A DNA stretch of 64,000 bases from Lingula anatina (taxonomy: Eukaryota; Animalia; Brachiopoda): contig CM120649.1 of NCBI GenBank assembly GCA_051362555.1, forward strand, positions 3,906,001 through 3,970,000. Direction: 5' to 3'. The position numbers and the translations under genes are program-made. Every line of letters begins with the position of its first letter. Within the stretch, counting starts at the first letter, position 1. Positions 11,862-25,840 of the stretch are shown here, in pieces. Below the pieces are notes generated by a model. That model was not told where the DNA came from and searched no databases. It saw only the letters and a list, made by a program, of their open reading frames with translations.

Positions 11862-13201
11862 TTAATAACAGGACAAGAAACAATAACACGCGTAGCTTGA
11901 CTCCTAACTGATATAGTGACACCTCCACGGTTTATCTTTTCTCTACAAATTAGTTCAGTGCGTGACTAAAAGACAGGGCACGACACGGTCTAGTGTAACT
12001 TGAAACGTACACGTGCTACTTGGTATGCCAGTGTGTATCTAGATTCAGTTTTCACAATTTTCATTCCTTTAACGTTAATCTGTTGAACCTTGAGTCAAGC
12101 GCCATGGAATAATGGAAAGCGCGCCAATACCTGTGAAAGAAACTTTTAGTATTTTTTTTTCGCAAGTAAGCAATGTAATTTAACGTACGATGTTTTCTAC
12201 AGGGGTAAGATGTCATTGTTGACGGTGAAGCATATAGTGATATTTGTTTTGCTATGGCTTATGCATTGTAGTGATAAGAGGATTCTCACTCTTCTAAAAT
12301 TTTTCTCTCTTTACATTCAAATATTTTCTAAGTTTTCTGGTCTGTTTTTTTTCTTCTTTTTTTACATCTTTGTTTTTTATTAGATTCAAAATGAAAAGGC
12401 CTCAGTTTTGAAAAGGCCTTACTCCCTGTTCTAGCTGTTCCATGAGATACTTATAAACTCCCTTATATTTGCAGAGCAAGTGTGTGTGTGCCTACCCATG
12501 CTATCTTTTATCAGATAATGACCCTGTAAATTGGGTCAAAACTTTTCGCTGATTGTGAAAATACTTGTATAGTCAACACAGCTTAAATGAACCACGGGTT
12601 ATATGTTGTTGCCATTAGAGGTTAGTACGTCTAAAAAACTTATTTTCTGTTTTTTTAGCCCTCAACTGTATATAAATTTAATGGGACAGTTGTATGGTCC
12701 ACATTGTGTTTCCTTTTTTTATAATTACGTTTCACCATGAGCATTGACATTCCCTGGATAACTAGATGTTGGTAAATACATACGTGTATTATGGATTATG
12801 ACCATTTACGGTATTCAGTTCACTAATACGAAGTCCCAGAAGTAATTGAGTAGTTTTGTTTTATAGAATGTTTGGACTAGGATTATGGGTATAAGTGTTT
12901 TGAATCTCATGTCTCTGCACACATGAATTGATAATTGTTTTAAAACTGACAATTTGAAATAAAATAAAACTCTGGCGGTGGTCAAGTCTCCATACCACAT
13001 AAACCTGTCTGATTTATCTTCCTTTCTGCTTCAGTTCATTGTTTAGTTGTTAGGAAATGACAAAAAAGCTAATATCTTTAAAACATTTTCAGTGAAGCTC
13101 GATGCAACTGCAATGAACTGTTCAGCCAAATTTCAGACAAGAAAACCTTGGAAAACTCTGTATAAATTTGCAAGAAGATTGCCTATAATGTGTTGACTTA
13201 A

Positions 13202-13538
13202 AGGGATAATAACTCTTCGTATGAGATCTATATTTCACAATAAAAACATTGTGAATAGCTCATAGAAATATAATATATTCTGTTTTACGACAAAAACAGC
13301 AGTTATAGCTATTATTCTGATATCTGAGCTTGTCTTCAGATCACGTGACCTCCATTGATGGCTATACTCTGTTATAATCTCTTAAGAGATTTTAACAAAA
13401 AACCAAACTTTTTAGAAAAAAACCAGGGACTAACTTTGAATGTAAAAATGGATTCATTAACCATTGGTAAGTATGGGAAAATTGTTGTTTACTCCAGGAA
13501 AATTCATTTTTTGGCCGAAACGAAGAGTTATTATCCCT
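13202..13538. mobile_element. Non-autonomous Kolobok-like DNA transposon
   Basis: TIR AGGGATAATAACTCTTCGT / ACGAAGAGTTATTATCCCT, TTAA duplication on both sides, AG..CT termini. Confidence 0.8.
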
Positions 13539-14832
13539 TTAAGTAAATACGTATGACAATCGAGGTGGGTGTTTTAGAAGTAGCTAAGGTCGATGGATGT
13601 GTAGTAATGCGACAAAGAGGTAAGGAGGGAAACAGCAATGCTGAAAAAATACTGTTATTTCACATGTCATCATTGCTGTTATGACCTGAAGAGAAGTGTT
13701 GGTTTACAAACCATGTCTGCTGAAGGCTAACAGCGTTTTATCGTCTGTTTGGAGGTTTCGCGGAATTTGGTATCTTTATTATGAATTTTTTTTTTTGTAT
13801 TTTCAAAAAGGAACTTGCTATAATTTTTCGTAGTGTCTCGGGTTGACGTCTCGGATTGACGCCAATAGACAAATGAGTATACTCAGTACCCTTTTGCCGT
13901 TTTAGCACATGCACCGCAAAAATAATACTAAAACAAACAAACAAACAAATAAATAAATAAATAATGGTTTTGGTGTGGCCGAGCAGAGAGAAATAAAAAA
14001 TAGTTATGCCTTGGCTTTCATCCAAAGTGACATAAAATCGGTAAAGTATCTAGATTTTTATAGGAAGAGGATATTTGTAGAAACCATGGATAGTATATTA
14101 CCAAAGAGATGTAGATATATTTCTTTGATTTTACTGAAGCATTGCCGGTACCAGCACTGCACATCTGTCACTGGCATTAAACTAAAAGAAAAACGGATTT
14201 ATGCTCATCTATTCCTGAGACATAGCATTTTCTCCTTTTCATCAGTTTCAATTGTAAATATTTCTCAACTACATCAACTTCTGAGAAGAAAAAATGAATA
14301 ATAATTTTCTCTGACTTTTTGATATATGAATGCATTCCGTTTATTAAATATAAAGAACAAATATAATAATTTATAAACATGTTATGAAAGCAACAGATGT
14401 GTCTGTAATTTGATGCCTATTAAGGTCCGGTGACTTTGCACTGAATGTCCGTTTCAAAAAAAATTCTGTTTGTCTATATGTCTGAATAATCTTACACAGG
14501 GTCTTTATGAAGTCACAAATGAAAAGGTCAATTATCTCAAATTTCTTTGCATTCCATAAACATATTGTAATTGTGTGTAGAATTATATTTGCGTCTCAGT
14601 GGAAAAATCGATGACGAGCTTTTTTTCAGTAGTAGTATTGACAAAATAAAATGTATAAACATACATTAAATTCCGCAGCTATATGCTGCGTTTACAATAT
14701 AATAAAATCAATCTAATGGGCCATTTAAAGTACATACATTTTGTATCTGACTCAAAGCGATGCGGTCATCGCAGGCTAAATTACGGGATGTCTGCCTAAA
14801 TCCACAGTGTGCTTTAAACTGTGGACGTCCTT

Positions 14833-15525
14833 TTAGCCACAAGGAGCAAAAATCCCCATGTTAACAAAGACACCGAAAGCAATGACTGCAAATGAACCTT
14901 TAATAAAATGTCCGTTACTGCCTGAAACCACGACATTTCCATGTGTATCTTCTGTTGGCGATTTAGGTGATTTCTTCTTCTCGGCGCAGGGTTTGGTATC
15001 ATCGGGGAGAACAATAATCTGATATTCGACATTATTCAATGTTGCAAATTTAGCATTTGTACGTAGCTCTGTGTCGAGTTTTTCTGTAAAAGATTCAAAC
15101 ATTTTTAGGCCCTCGCGATAACTTCTTATCTCTTTCCGCAACCTCACCAGCACGGTGCGTATTGCTAGAACGGTAAAATTGCGCCATTCTCTCCCGGTGT
15201 TATTCACAGATAGCTCGATGCAGGAGGAGAGATGGTAATTCGAGAAAAACCATATGCCGTCTTGTATGGGAGGCAGCGCTTTTGAAAGTAGCATATTAAC
15301 ATCGTTTGGCAAAACCCGACAAGCTCCACGGACCAGAGAGATATTAAGAGGACCATCAGAAATGAGTGCCAGTTTCAAGGGGAAATCCATATTGTAGATT
15401 GATACCATTGGTTTTGAACATTGGTCGCTTTCGTCGCCGCAGATGTCCTGTAACAAAAAAACAACAACAAATTGTATGTATATTGTAATTGATTATGGTA
15501 ATGGACAAGCCACTTTTACATGAAG

Positions 15526-15584
<59 letters not shown>

Positions 15585-16647
15585 GCACAAGGGACGCAGA
15601 AGCATTTACACTGGGACATGATTTAATTGTTTTGTTGACCACTGAGAGCCCTGACTATATTTTGTAAAAGGGAGACAGAAAGTGTCATCTATATTTAGTG
15701 GTGCAATGGACACCATGCAATTTCTGCTATTTACTCTCAGAATAATAAAGTAAGGAACTTGAAAAATCTGATGGAAAAATAAATTTGACACTTCAATCAC
15801 CAGAATCATGCAAATACTTAGCTTTCTCTGAACTGAATTCCCTCCCCCCCCCCCAAAAAAAAACGTGAAGTATTCCTAAGTCATTCTTGCAAATTGTAAC
15901 TTTCTTGACAACATTCAAATATTTACTTGCCTTTATTTTCTCTTGGTTACATTGCTTTAAACTTGATGATGGATTGATCAGCATACCGAAAGCTGATGGA
16001 TCAAAATACCTTCCACCACCTACAAATTAAGCTAGTATTCAGGGTTAAATGATACAATTACAGGTTTAGAGGTGTTTATCTAATAAGTTATCGTGTTGCC
16101 ACTGAAACAGGATAAGACACTAGTGAGGAAAAGATAAAAGGCATTCATTTGTGTTTAAAAAATTAAGTTTGAGTTTGAATGTAAGACTGAGCACAGGATA
16201 TCTAGAAAACAGAGATTCATATTATTCGACAACATAGATCAAGATAGATAAAAAATTACATAAGTCGATGCTGTTGTCAAAAAATAAATGAATTAATCAT
16301 TGATATTAGTCTATGCACCACACAATTTGAGGGATAATCCTAAATACTTCACAGATCAATAAACCTTATAGCTAGGCCATCGCTATGACATACCTTGCAG
16401 CTGTCAGCAGGTCACAGACATATTGTGATTTCGTGCCAGACAACGTTATCTTTTTACAACTACACTGTAAAAACAATGTTTACCTCCTAAACACATTCCC
16501 TAGTTTTTCCCATTTTTCAACGCGTTTAGCCCCTAAGCGCGTTTTGCTCCTACATGTAAGCAAATTACACGCTTTTAGCCTGAATGCAGTTTGACCCGAT
16601 TAACAGCTTTATTTATGTAGGGTGTACGTTGTAGCCTTTCAAAGGTT

Positions 16648-16713
<66 letters not shown>

Positions 16714-19597
16714 CGCGGTCACCCTCGCCTGTTATATATATCTCTTTATAACACGATATCGTGAATTATCAACATAATAAATTTACTGAAATAAATTAAC
16801 AGCTGCAGATAATCATTCTTGGGTTAGCTGTCCTTGCGAGGAAGTTTATTGGAATGTATTTTTGAAAAACAAGTTTGGGAAATTCAATAGTTCACTAAGG
16901 ATATTGTATAATAAACAATTGTCATTTTTACTTGAAAACACCCTTTTTCATATTTTGATAAAGTTCGTTACAGTATTGATGTCTATTTAATCTTTTCCGG
17001 AAGTAAGGAACAATAGAACATCAGCATGATGGCGGGGTATTAATTATAATAGTTTATTTAAGCTTTCATGGCATGCTGGTTATTTTGGTAGATCTAACGA
17101 TAGTTCGAATATTTTACAATTCGCACCGCTCTAATCGCCGACTTACCAATTTGGAATTAACCGCTAAATGTAGTTCAAACAGCGTAAGAAGTGTTTTGGT
17201 TATTTATAAGTAAAGGTTTTCATAACATCGTATAATGTTTTTCCAGAATCTTATAAAAACACTGATAAAACTCTGAAGAAATGGTTTTCGAATCTTTCTA
17301 CAAATTATAACGTTACTATGTGTTTTGTAAACTGGGACATCATTTTGCATGGAGTTAAAACACCCATAACTTTACCATACTGTTCTTAACCATTACCAGC
17401 ATGTAACCATTTGATAACGTCGTGAAAACGTTATTTGTTATTTGGATTATTACTGAATATGCCTATTTTAAATAAGCACAGGTTACTGCAAGGAAGGACA
17501 TAAAGCGTTCGAGCAGGCTGCTCCACGCCTTCAGCAGCTCCACACGTTAACAAGGGGAAGTGTATTGCCAAATTGTTGCCTTGTAATAGACTTGTTATGG
17601 GATCATATGCCGGTGAAACTAATCACTTAGCTAAAAGTGCGACACCTCTAAGCATGCAAAGCATTTTCTTCTGTGAGATGCTTGAAAAGCTAAACGTGTT
17701 GTTCAGCAGCTCCACGCGTTTAGGAATTCCGCACTTATAGCAGCTTCATATGTTAAGCAGCTCCACGCGCTTAGCTGGGGAAGCGCTTAGCCAGTGTGCT
17801 TAACCAATTGTGATAAACTATTATAGAATCATATGCCGATGAAGCTAGACACATAGCTTAACGTGTACCACTGTCAAACGTGTCTAGCATTTTCTTCTGT
17901 GAGGATCCTGAAAAGCTATACGTGTTTAGCTTTAATTTACACATATTTCTAAATGCGTTCAGGTGCTAAACGTGTATTGTATGAGTTTAAATGCTAAACA
18001 CTGTTTTAACAGTGTATTAAAGCTTTACAAGAATACAAAGGAAGAAACAAAGAGAAGCACAAACCTAAATTTGTCCTTTGTTTCACATTTTGAAGATATA
18101 TGATTCATCACTTGATTCATCATGTAAGACAGAAGGAAAATATGAATGGTGTCGATGACGCAAAAAAGCAAAATGTTTGAAATGTGTTTGAGCTTTGGCG
18201 TGGGAATAAGCTAGAAAGAGTTATTTGTAACACCAATGCACATGTACAGGTATGTGTTTTAACATTACAGGTTCACTCAAATATAATGCCATAGCATGCA
18301 GGCAAGCAAACTAACAGATGATCACTGTAAAAAAAAACTCACCTAATTCTGAAGGACACGGCTCCACCCTCAGTGTGACGTCACTGGCGTATAGGCACTT
18401 CCAGCAGAATGCATTTCTCATGTAAAGACCTTGTCTTCCTTGAACATAAGTAAACAATTGTGGTCCCGAAGAACAAAGTTCCTTGTGCTTGGGGTCAGTT
18501 TTTTTGCTACAATCGCTTTCAGTAATCCGCTTCCAGATTATGTCACTAGGCCTGTCGTTTGGCAAACATGGCCTTCCAGGGGTGGTGGCTGGTGAGTTAA
18601 AATACATCATACAGTACGGGTTCTCCCGTGCAACCTTCAACACATCAGTTATGCTCGTCATTGTATTGACATTCAATGTGGTGCTTGGCAGATCACGGCT
18701 GCACGTTAAGATAGCATGCCAATTATCAGTTTTTTCAAAGCCAAAGCACATTGCACAGTACTTGTTTCGAAATGTCAGTTTTGTGACGGGGTCAGATACG
18801 GGCAGATGGCGGTCAATGGTATCGGCACCAGTGATGTTCTGACATTTATTACGTACTGTTTCATTTAGCCATGAGCTTGGACAAGACGATACCATCCAAT
18901 AAAAGTCACTGCGTAAATCCCACACAGATTTAGAGTCGAGAGAATGTAATATGCAGCCAATATTTTCTTGTCCAAAGTCTATCTTATTGGAAATCTTAGT
19001 GTGCTCAGCGTCTGAAGAATTTTTGTCGCAAGGATGAGTTGGATCACAACAATCTTCAAATATATTGCAGAATTTGTCGCAGTAGCAAGATATCTGAACA
19101 AAGTCCAACCCAGTATCGCCTGTTGCGCAAAACCTTTTTAATGAAGTTAATTTGAAAGTTGTGTCATTCCAGGGACTAGGCATGACGCTTGGTGCTGCTG
19201 TATATATTGGTGATGATGTGGTTTCAGAGATATTCTGGCTTACAGTTTTCAGTGACGTGGGTAGGGCAGTTGTTGCGTTCCAAGGGAAACCCTTTCCACC
19301 AGTAGACTTATCCTGGTCAGTGAACAATGGAGTATTGGACTCTGTATACTCTTCAGATTTTCTGTTTAGTTCAGGGGCGGGGACCGTTTGTTCTCCTTGT
19401 GCAGTCAGATGCGTTGTATTACTGGCGGTTTCGTTCGCTGAAGCAGCCACCGCGCCCTCGGGATGCTTTGAATTGCTGACGGTTTCGTTCGCTGAAGCAG
19501 CAACCAAACTGCCGTTGCCTTGCCAAAACAACGCTGAGACGATGAGAAGATTTATAACACTGCTAACCTGGTAAATGCCCATATTGATATTCTGCAT
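14833..19597 (-). CDS. Secreted/membrane-tethered somatomedin-B-like Cys-rich protein (adhesion-GPCR ectodomain-like, ~652 aa). Exons 19597-18343, 16019-15931, 15447-14833
   Basis: Signal peptide, Ser/Thr-rich stalk, SMB-like CYCDKFCNIFEDCC, and YWMVSSCP..PVSDPVTKLTFRNKYCAMC. Splice phases 1 and 0 join cleanly (1255+89+615 = 1959 nt). Intron 2 is GC-AG. The C-terminal tail is hydrophobic. Confidence 0.8.
15528..15583. repeat. (TA)n microsatellite
   Basis: Direct observation. Other simple repeats: (CT)n(TA)n 16651-16710, (TG)n 22458-22487, poly-T 27816-27852 and 33674-33723, (TAT)n 37407-37468, (CA)n 44360-44425, (ATT)n 48045-48092. Confidence 0.95.
16463..18014. mobile_element. Non-autonomous EnSpm/CACTA-like element in intron 1 of the SMB gene
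   Basis: Ends CACTGTAAAAACAATGTTTA / TAAACACTGTTTTAACAGTG, TA on both flanks, and many subterminal AACGCGTTTAGC/GCTAAACGTG repeats. Confidence 0.65.
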
Positions 19598-20668
19598 GTG
19601 GAAACAAAAGCTACAGTTGCTCTCAAACTTTGTTTGTCTGTGTTACAACTCGGACGGACCTTTTCACTGCAGTGCGGTTCTTTTACATACCGTAGCTGTT
19701 TAAATAGGTTTCCAGTCATGGAATACCCGCCCATTAATTTGTTTGAGGCTATTAATATAATGCCCCTTATAGAAATGTCAGTTGTGTTGAAAACACCTCT
19801 CATTGGACGAAGTCCTTCTTGAAGACATCTTAATCAAGAGCCGACGGAAGGGATTGGTTGTTGTACTGTTCCTTGAATCTGACGTCCTGTTGCTGCATGC
19901 GAATCGGATTGAACTTATGTATTGCATTGTATTTATCTATTTATGTTAAGCTCGTTCAACAGGTGCTATGTGATAAGTTTAATATTTCAACACAATCTTT
20001 CCCCCTATACCTCTATTCAGTGTGGAACTAGGGTTATAATAGTGATTTCATTGAGTTTTTGAATGTCAGTGTCGGATCCATACACTTTCTGACAATTTCC
20101 CAATTTCCGATAAAGATATTTTTAGCCTTTTAATACAGAAACATACAACTTTATCTCCTCCAACCTAGTGTACCACAAACTTTCATAGTCCTATTCATAT
20201 ACTCGACGCTATTTGATTTGTTTTTACACAAACTGAGTTTCACTGTACATCCTTTTTTTGTGAGGAGATAAGATCTATTAAGTGAATACCTTACTGACAG
20301 GACAAGAAACAATATCATAAGTACTCCTAAATGGCATTGTGATACTTTCACAGTTCATATTTTCTCTACAGCTTCATTGTGCGTGAATAAATAACTGGGG
20401 ATGACAAGATCGCATGTTACTTGACGCTTGATATAGGATAGGCAAAACGAGTATCTTGTTTCATTTTCGCAAGTCTTTCGTTTTGTTTAAATCTTTTACA
20501 TCACGTATAAATGTTAAATTTAGCCCTTTATTGCCTTGGTTTAATTTCGCGAGAATGTAAGTAAATAATTCTCGGACCGTAAGGTAGATCCGGGTAGTGT
20601 TTGCTGTACAGTAGGCGTAAGTCAAGTTATCATCTAGCTCTGTCATGCAGTGGTTCTGGTCCATATAA

Positions 20669-20844
20669 GGTCCCATTCAGAATAGGAAACTAACTAGTCC
20701 AAGGGTCAAATATGGCCGACCCACTTGAATACTTCCCCCCCGGGATATCTTTTTAGTGTCTAGTAGTGAATTTGACGACAAGCTTTGTAGTGGGTCGCCA
20801 TATTTGACCCTCGGATTAATTAGTCCCCTATTCCGAATGGGGCC
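20669..20844. mobile_element. Palindromic MITE (Harbinger-like)
   Basis: GGTCCCATTCAGAATAGG..AAATATGGCCGACCCAC / GTGGGTCGCCATATTT..CCTATTCCGAATGGGGCC. Related to 55590-55869. Confidence 0.75.
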
Positions 20845-20919
20845 TATGTTAATCAGAGGTGTTGACTAAAGGCATGAATTAATAAAAAGTAAACTGCTAT
20901 GCAGGAGACTAAACCAATG

Positions 20920-22070
20920 AGGCATGCCATTTGGGCACTTTCTGAAGCCAATCATCTTTTCAAGGCTCCTTGTGGAAAGGATTGTCTTCTGTGAAAGCAA
21001 TTTTGAAACCCTATGTCACCGTATAAAAGCGTTGTGAAATTTTAACTTATCGACCTTGTTTCCAAACATATGACTGACTCAATTGAACCCAGGTGTACAA
21101 CTTTCTCTCACGTGTTTTTCAACTTTGTTTTCAGACTGAATTTCAAGAGTTAATCTTTTCTGTGAAGAAATCGATGGGCAAGGAAATTGGAAAAGTCCTT
21201 CTGAGTGGGTGACAAACTACTAGGATAAATGAAGAAACAAAAATGCCTGTTGCTAGATTTCTAAATAGTATTGTGACACTTTAATATATTAATTCATTAT
21301 ATGTGTGATTTAAAGACAGAACATGGTACTTGTGGCTTACGTGCAATTTGATTTAGTACGTTTTGCAATTTATTTATTTATTTTCAATTTTTGGAAACGG
21401 TTGTAAGCTTTGGAAACATAAAATCAAGCCATTTTCGTCTTGATTTGATTTCGTTTTGATTTCGCACAAATTAAATCTAATACATTCTCTCTTCATCTCG
21501 CCCTCAGTATTAAATTAATGGTAAAGTAGGCATAATTCGAGTAGTTATCTTTTCCATGAAATTGCCCGGCCCACGTTGTCGACTAAATGTATGAGTTGAA
21601 TCAATGTGGCATGATGTCTGGATACCGCCTCAAGCCAATCTTGTCACCAAGGCTCTTTGAGGAATGGGTTAAACCCCGTGGCGTATATATATGAACGATT
21701 TTATAGTCTTAAAAAACGATTTACTTTTTTATCATCATTAAGAAAGAGAATATGGAAACGCTATTTCACCGTTTAAAAACGTCTCGGATTTTAACTCATT
21801 TATTTGATTCCAATGCAGAAATATCTGACTCAGTAGGGCCCAGATGTTTGACTTTCTATAACATGTTTTGTTCAAACATTCATTGTTTCAAGATATACTG
21901 AGTTTCACTATTTGTCTCTCCTGTGAAGAAATTGAATAGATGGTCATGCGAGGTCACAAGATCAACGGGTGACTTACTGACAGCAGAAAAAGCAATAACA
22001 GAAGTACCGGTGGCTTGACACTGAATGATGTTGTGACACTTCTACGATTAATCATATGTAATATAATTCA
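20920..22070 (+). repeat. Old diverged tandem duplication (~20920-21310 vs ~21605-22060)
   Basis: Shared blocks AAGCCAATC..CAAGGCTC, TCACCGT..AAAA, TGACTCA..CCCAG, CTGTGAAGAAAT, GGGTGAC..TTGTGACACTT. Confidence 0.6.
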
Positions 22071-22455
22071 GCAATTGCTTGACTTCTTCCTACTAATAAT
22101 CAAGCAAGCAAGTTTTTATTGTTTTAGATCCTAGTATTCTTAATTGGCAATGTTTAACTCTTATTTTTTTAGCTTATTAATAATCTTTATATCTGTTTTT
22201 TTTTTTTTTGTAAGTTTTAATTTGCCATTTTAGCTCTCAACTTTTGCATTTTAAATCTTAAAGGTTAAGTTATTTTTAATTGTAAAGGACTTGGAAGGAC
22301 TCAGGAATTGAACTTATCCCCGAAAACGTGTGGTTACAGGTCATTGCAATAAATCAGTTTTCATCATTATTTGGGGATCCATTACATAACACTGGACATT
22401 ACATTTTGCCTGCCGGGCAACTGAGTACTGAGTATATTGCTTTTGAAGTGTTTTT

Positions 22456-22491
<36 letters not shown>

Positions 22492-25400
22492 AAAAGTAGT
22501 TGCTGATAACTTCGTCTATTTTTTTCTTTTTTTTTACCTGATGGCTGATCTTTGGCCTTAGAGAGTATGGTTCTGTTAAGAGGTATTATTTCAGTCTCGA
22601 TCAGGTTAACACTTTGGAGTGAGAACCATAATGCTAGCGTATAAAAAACTATTGTGTTAGAGGAACAACTAATTTGAGATACAAGCACAGCCACTCTACT
22701 ATGTGGATCTCATCAACAGCAACTGGTAAACGTATGTTTACTGACTTTAACACTTATGCCTTTGCGTCATCTGCTCCTTCTCATTCTTAATGGGCTTGGC
22801 TATTCTCCTCAGTTATTAAATGATCCAGCTACTCACAACTTTCTGATGAGAACTTAAAGAACCTTAATGTTTTGTGTTTGTAATCGATTTCTTTTCGCGT
22901 CCTTTAACTTAGTTTCGATGGTTTAGTTCTTTGGGTTATATACCAACCCGATTGAAAATGTGGAAAAATTGGACGGCATTGTTGTGTTATTTGTCTTGTA
23001 CTGCGCATGCCTTAATGAACCATATTTTATGCTTTTAATAATACATATTGTAAAAAACCTGCCTGCCGCCTATCCCTCCCCCTGTTTTTATATCTTAAAA
23101 GTACATGCATATAAGTGAAATAATGAAAAATCTTTTTTGATACACAATATCTTCAAGCCATAAGTGTAATGTGTACAACAAATATATATGCAAATATGTG
23201 CATGCACAATGTACCTTTGCAAGTTGAGTTTCAAAAGTCATCAGGCATAATTAAAATACACCTTCAACGCTGTAAATTCCTTCTGGGATGATTTTAAAAA
23301 CCTGTGTTATTAGACCGACTTCCATTAAAATACTGTAGCATGCACTTTGAGCCTTATAAACTGTTGAATTAGGCTCTAAGGAACGTAAAACTGTATTATA
23401 AGGGGAATGTATGACAGTCTTCTCCTTTGCTGCTGGGGTATTCTTTTGGCAGCACCAAAACGTAGCTGGCATACCATATATTTTATTTGGCTTTAAAAAA
23501 CGTTTGAAGGTACAGAGGTAGATCTCTGTACTGAATGCTAAAAAGCTAAAAGGCAGATTCTTTTCGTACAGTTGACATATGTTTCAGTAACATATATTTA
23601 GTATGGCGTTAGCTTATAAACATGTAGAATGCACAGAGTACGATGATTTTAATTTAAAAATTCCCAAGATGGCCGTACTTTGCCATAGAAATTCTAACAA
23701 AAAAACCCATGGACTAGTATTCCAATGGGAGATAATCGTGATGATGGGTTTTCTCAGAGATATATCACATTGATATCCATCCTGCATGCACTGAGTGTCA
23801 GGCCACTGTAAAGATAGCTTGCTAAATATACATACCTTTTCATGGGATAGCTTCAGTATTGTTTATATGGGTTATATATGAAATCAAGATCGAGCGGCAA
23901 TACTGAAATCTAGAACCTAGGGTAATCCTGCATTGTTTCAATTAGGAAATGGTAGAGAATTCTCACACGGGACACAGGTGGAGTGAAAATGGCACTAATT
24001 GAAGCTTAGGGACTGTGACCTTATATCATTTCATCTGTATGAAACTAGTGTTATTATCTTCTGAAGTTTCATTTTTATTTCTACTGCTATGCACACATCG
24101 AAACTCGTTGAATGAAAAATTAGAGAACGGGAATTTCAGCTACTAAGGTGATTTTGGTTTTAGAAAAATAATGGTAGACACATACTTTTTTGATAAGTTT
24201 TACTTTCAATTTATGTATTGACAACCATTTTTATTTTTATACGGTTACGTACTGTATGCAACCGTTAATCACATAAAGCAACCTTGATATAGTCTACAAC
24301 GCCAGTTTAACACTATATCTATACTTGATACCGTCCTATGCTTGTTTTTTCACTCATAAAATGCCTACATTTCTGATACTGAAAAATATTGAATGTCTCA
24401 AAAGAAGCAGTCCACAAGTACATGTACTACCGAAATCAAGCGGCATGTTACTCGTGCTTTTTCACATTTATCTCAAAACATTTAGCAACCCTTATTGTTT
24501 GGCTGCATGTACAGTAGATATTTGGACGTTTTATGAAATAATTTAAATGTTTCCTTACCGATGACAACCGGGTAATGATGTTACAAAAGGTGTCTCCTGA
24601 CCTGGCAAATGTATATTTTTCCTGCACTTATATTAAACATCTCTTGATGTTTAAGATGCATACAGTGTAGCTGCTTCGATATAGAACAAATTTTCCGAAG
24701 GTAGTCACATTCAAATCGAGACAGGTTTATGGGATGGATAAGCTAGTAATGTATTAAATCTCATTTCGCATTCTGAACTACGGATTGACGGCATGCAAGT
24801 AATAGGAAGACAGATTTACCTCGCCAGGTGACGCTCTTTATAGAGCACATTTGACCAATGGTAGTTGATAGGAAAGATTGGGACTTAGATAAGCTTTACT
24901 CTCTCACCATTTGTTTTCTCAAGCCGGTGCGACAGGAATGGTAGCTGGTCTGTTCCCCATTACTTTATACAAGTGATATTTGTCCCATAAACTACCCCTA
25001 ATATTCCAACTCACCTTAACCTTTACTTATCATATGGGACCACGGATTACCAATGTGCCATTCCCGTCACACCAGTCTTTTCTTTACAGTAATTCGATGT
25101 TGTGCATTGTGAAAGCAAAGGTCTCCGAGCTGACTTTTGGACAGGTATGATTTCTTCGATGTGTGTATATATTCGACCTCGTGATAATATTAGGACTACA
25201 ATGTTTTGCACAGAATTAATATTGACACAATTTAATGAGTCCCCCCCTTGATTTCAAATGAAGGTTTGTATTTAAATGCGTTTAAAACACTGTGGACCAT
25301 AGATCGCATACCATTTTATTAAAGGTATTAATATGCTATCATTTTTCTGCTAGCATTCTATGCTGTATGTCAATGGGGCATAAAAGTAAGTCACGAAAGT

Positions 25401-25840
25401 AGGTTAAATTTCCAACCAGTAATTTAAAGAAAGGAGCAGTCTAAAGCTCTTTTATGGCTGATCGAGTGATCTATTCAGTTTATCCCTTGGCATGTTGAAT
25501 TTATTTGAGTCGTATAAGAAACTAGTAGAAGTGGTTTACATGTCTTACTGGGAATCCACGCTCCACCGATGCTCGGATCGTATCTACCTTTAATGAAAAT
25601 CGATAGGAATAAACATCAGCTTTACCAGCTGTCTCAGGGAGCGCTTGGTTACAGAAAGGAATTGCAAAATGACTACAGAAGTTTTTTACACTACGCTAAA
25701 ATGTTGGGAAAACGACCTAATTTTTAAATTTTTTTTCAGCAACAGTCCCAATCGGTATACCTGGATTGACAATCAATAAACCTCTAAATCACCTCACAGT
25801 CCGCAAGCTCAAGGGATTGTTTTATAGAGGAGACTGCAGC

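Noticed and set aside
18483-19574. Plus-strand ORFs over the SMB exon (likewise 26522-26824 and 30136-30938 over the sulfotransferases)
   Set aside because: Antisense shadows of real coding exons.
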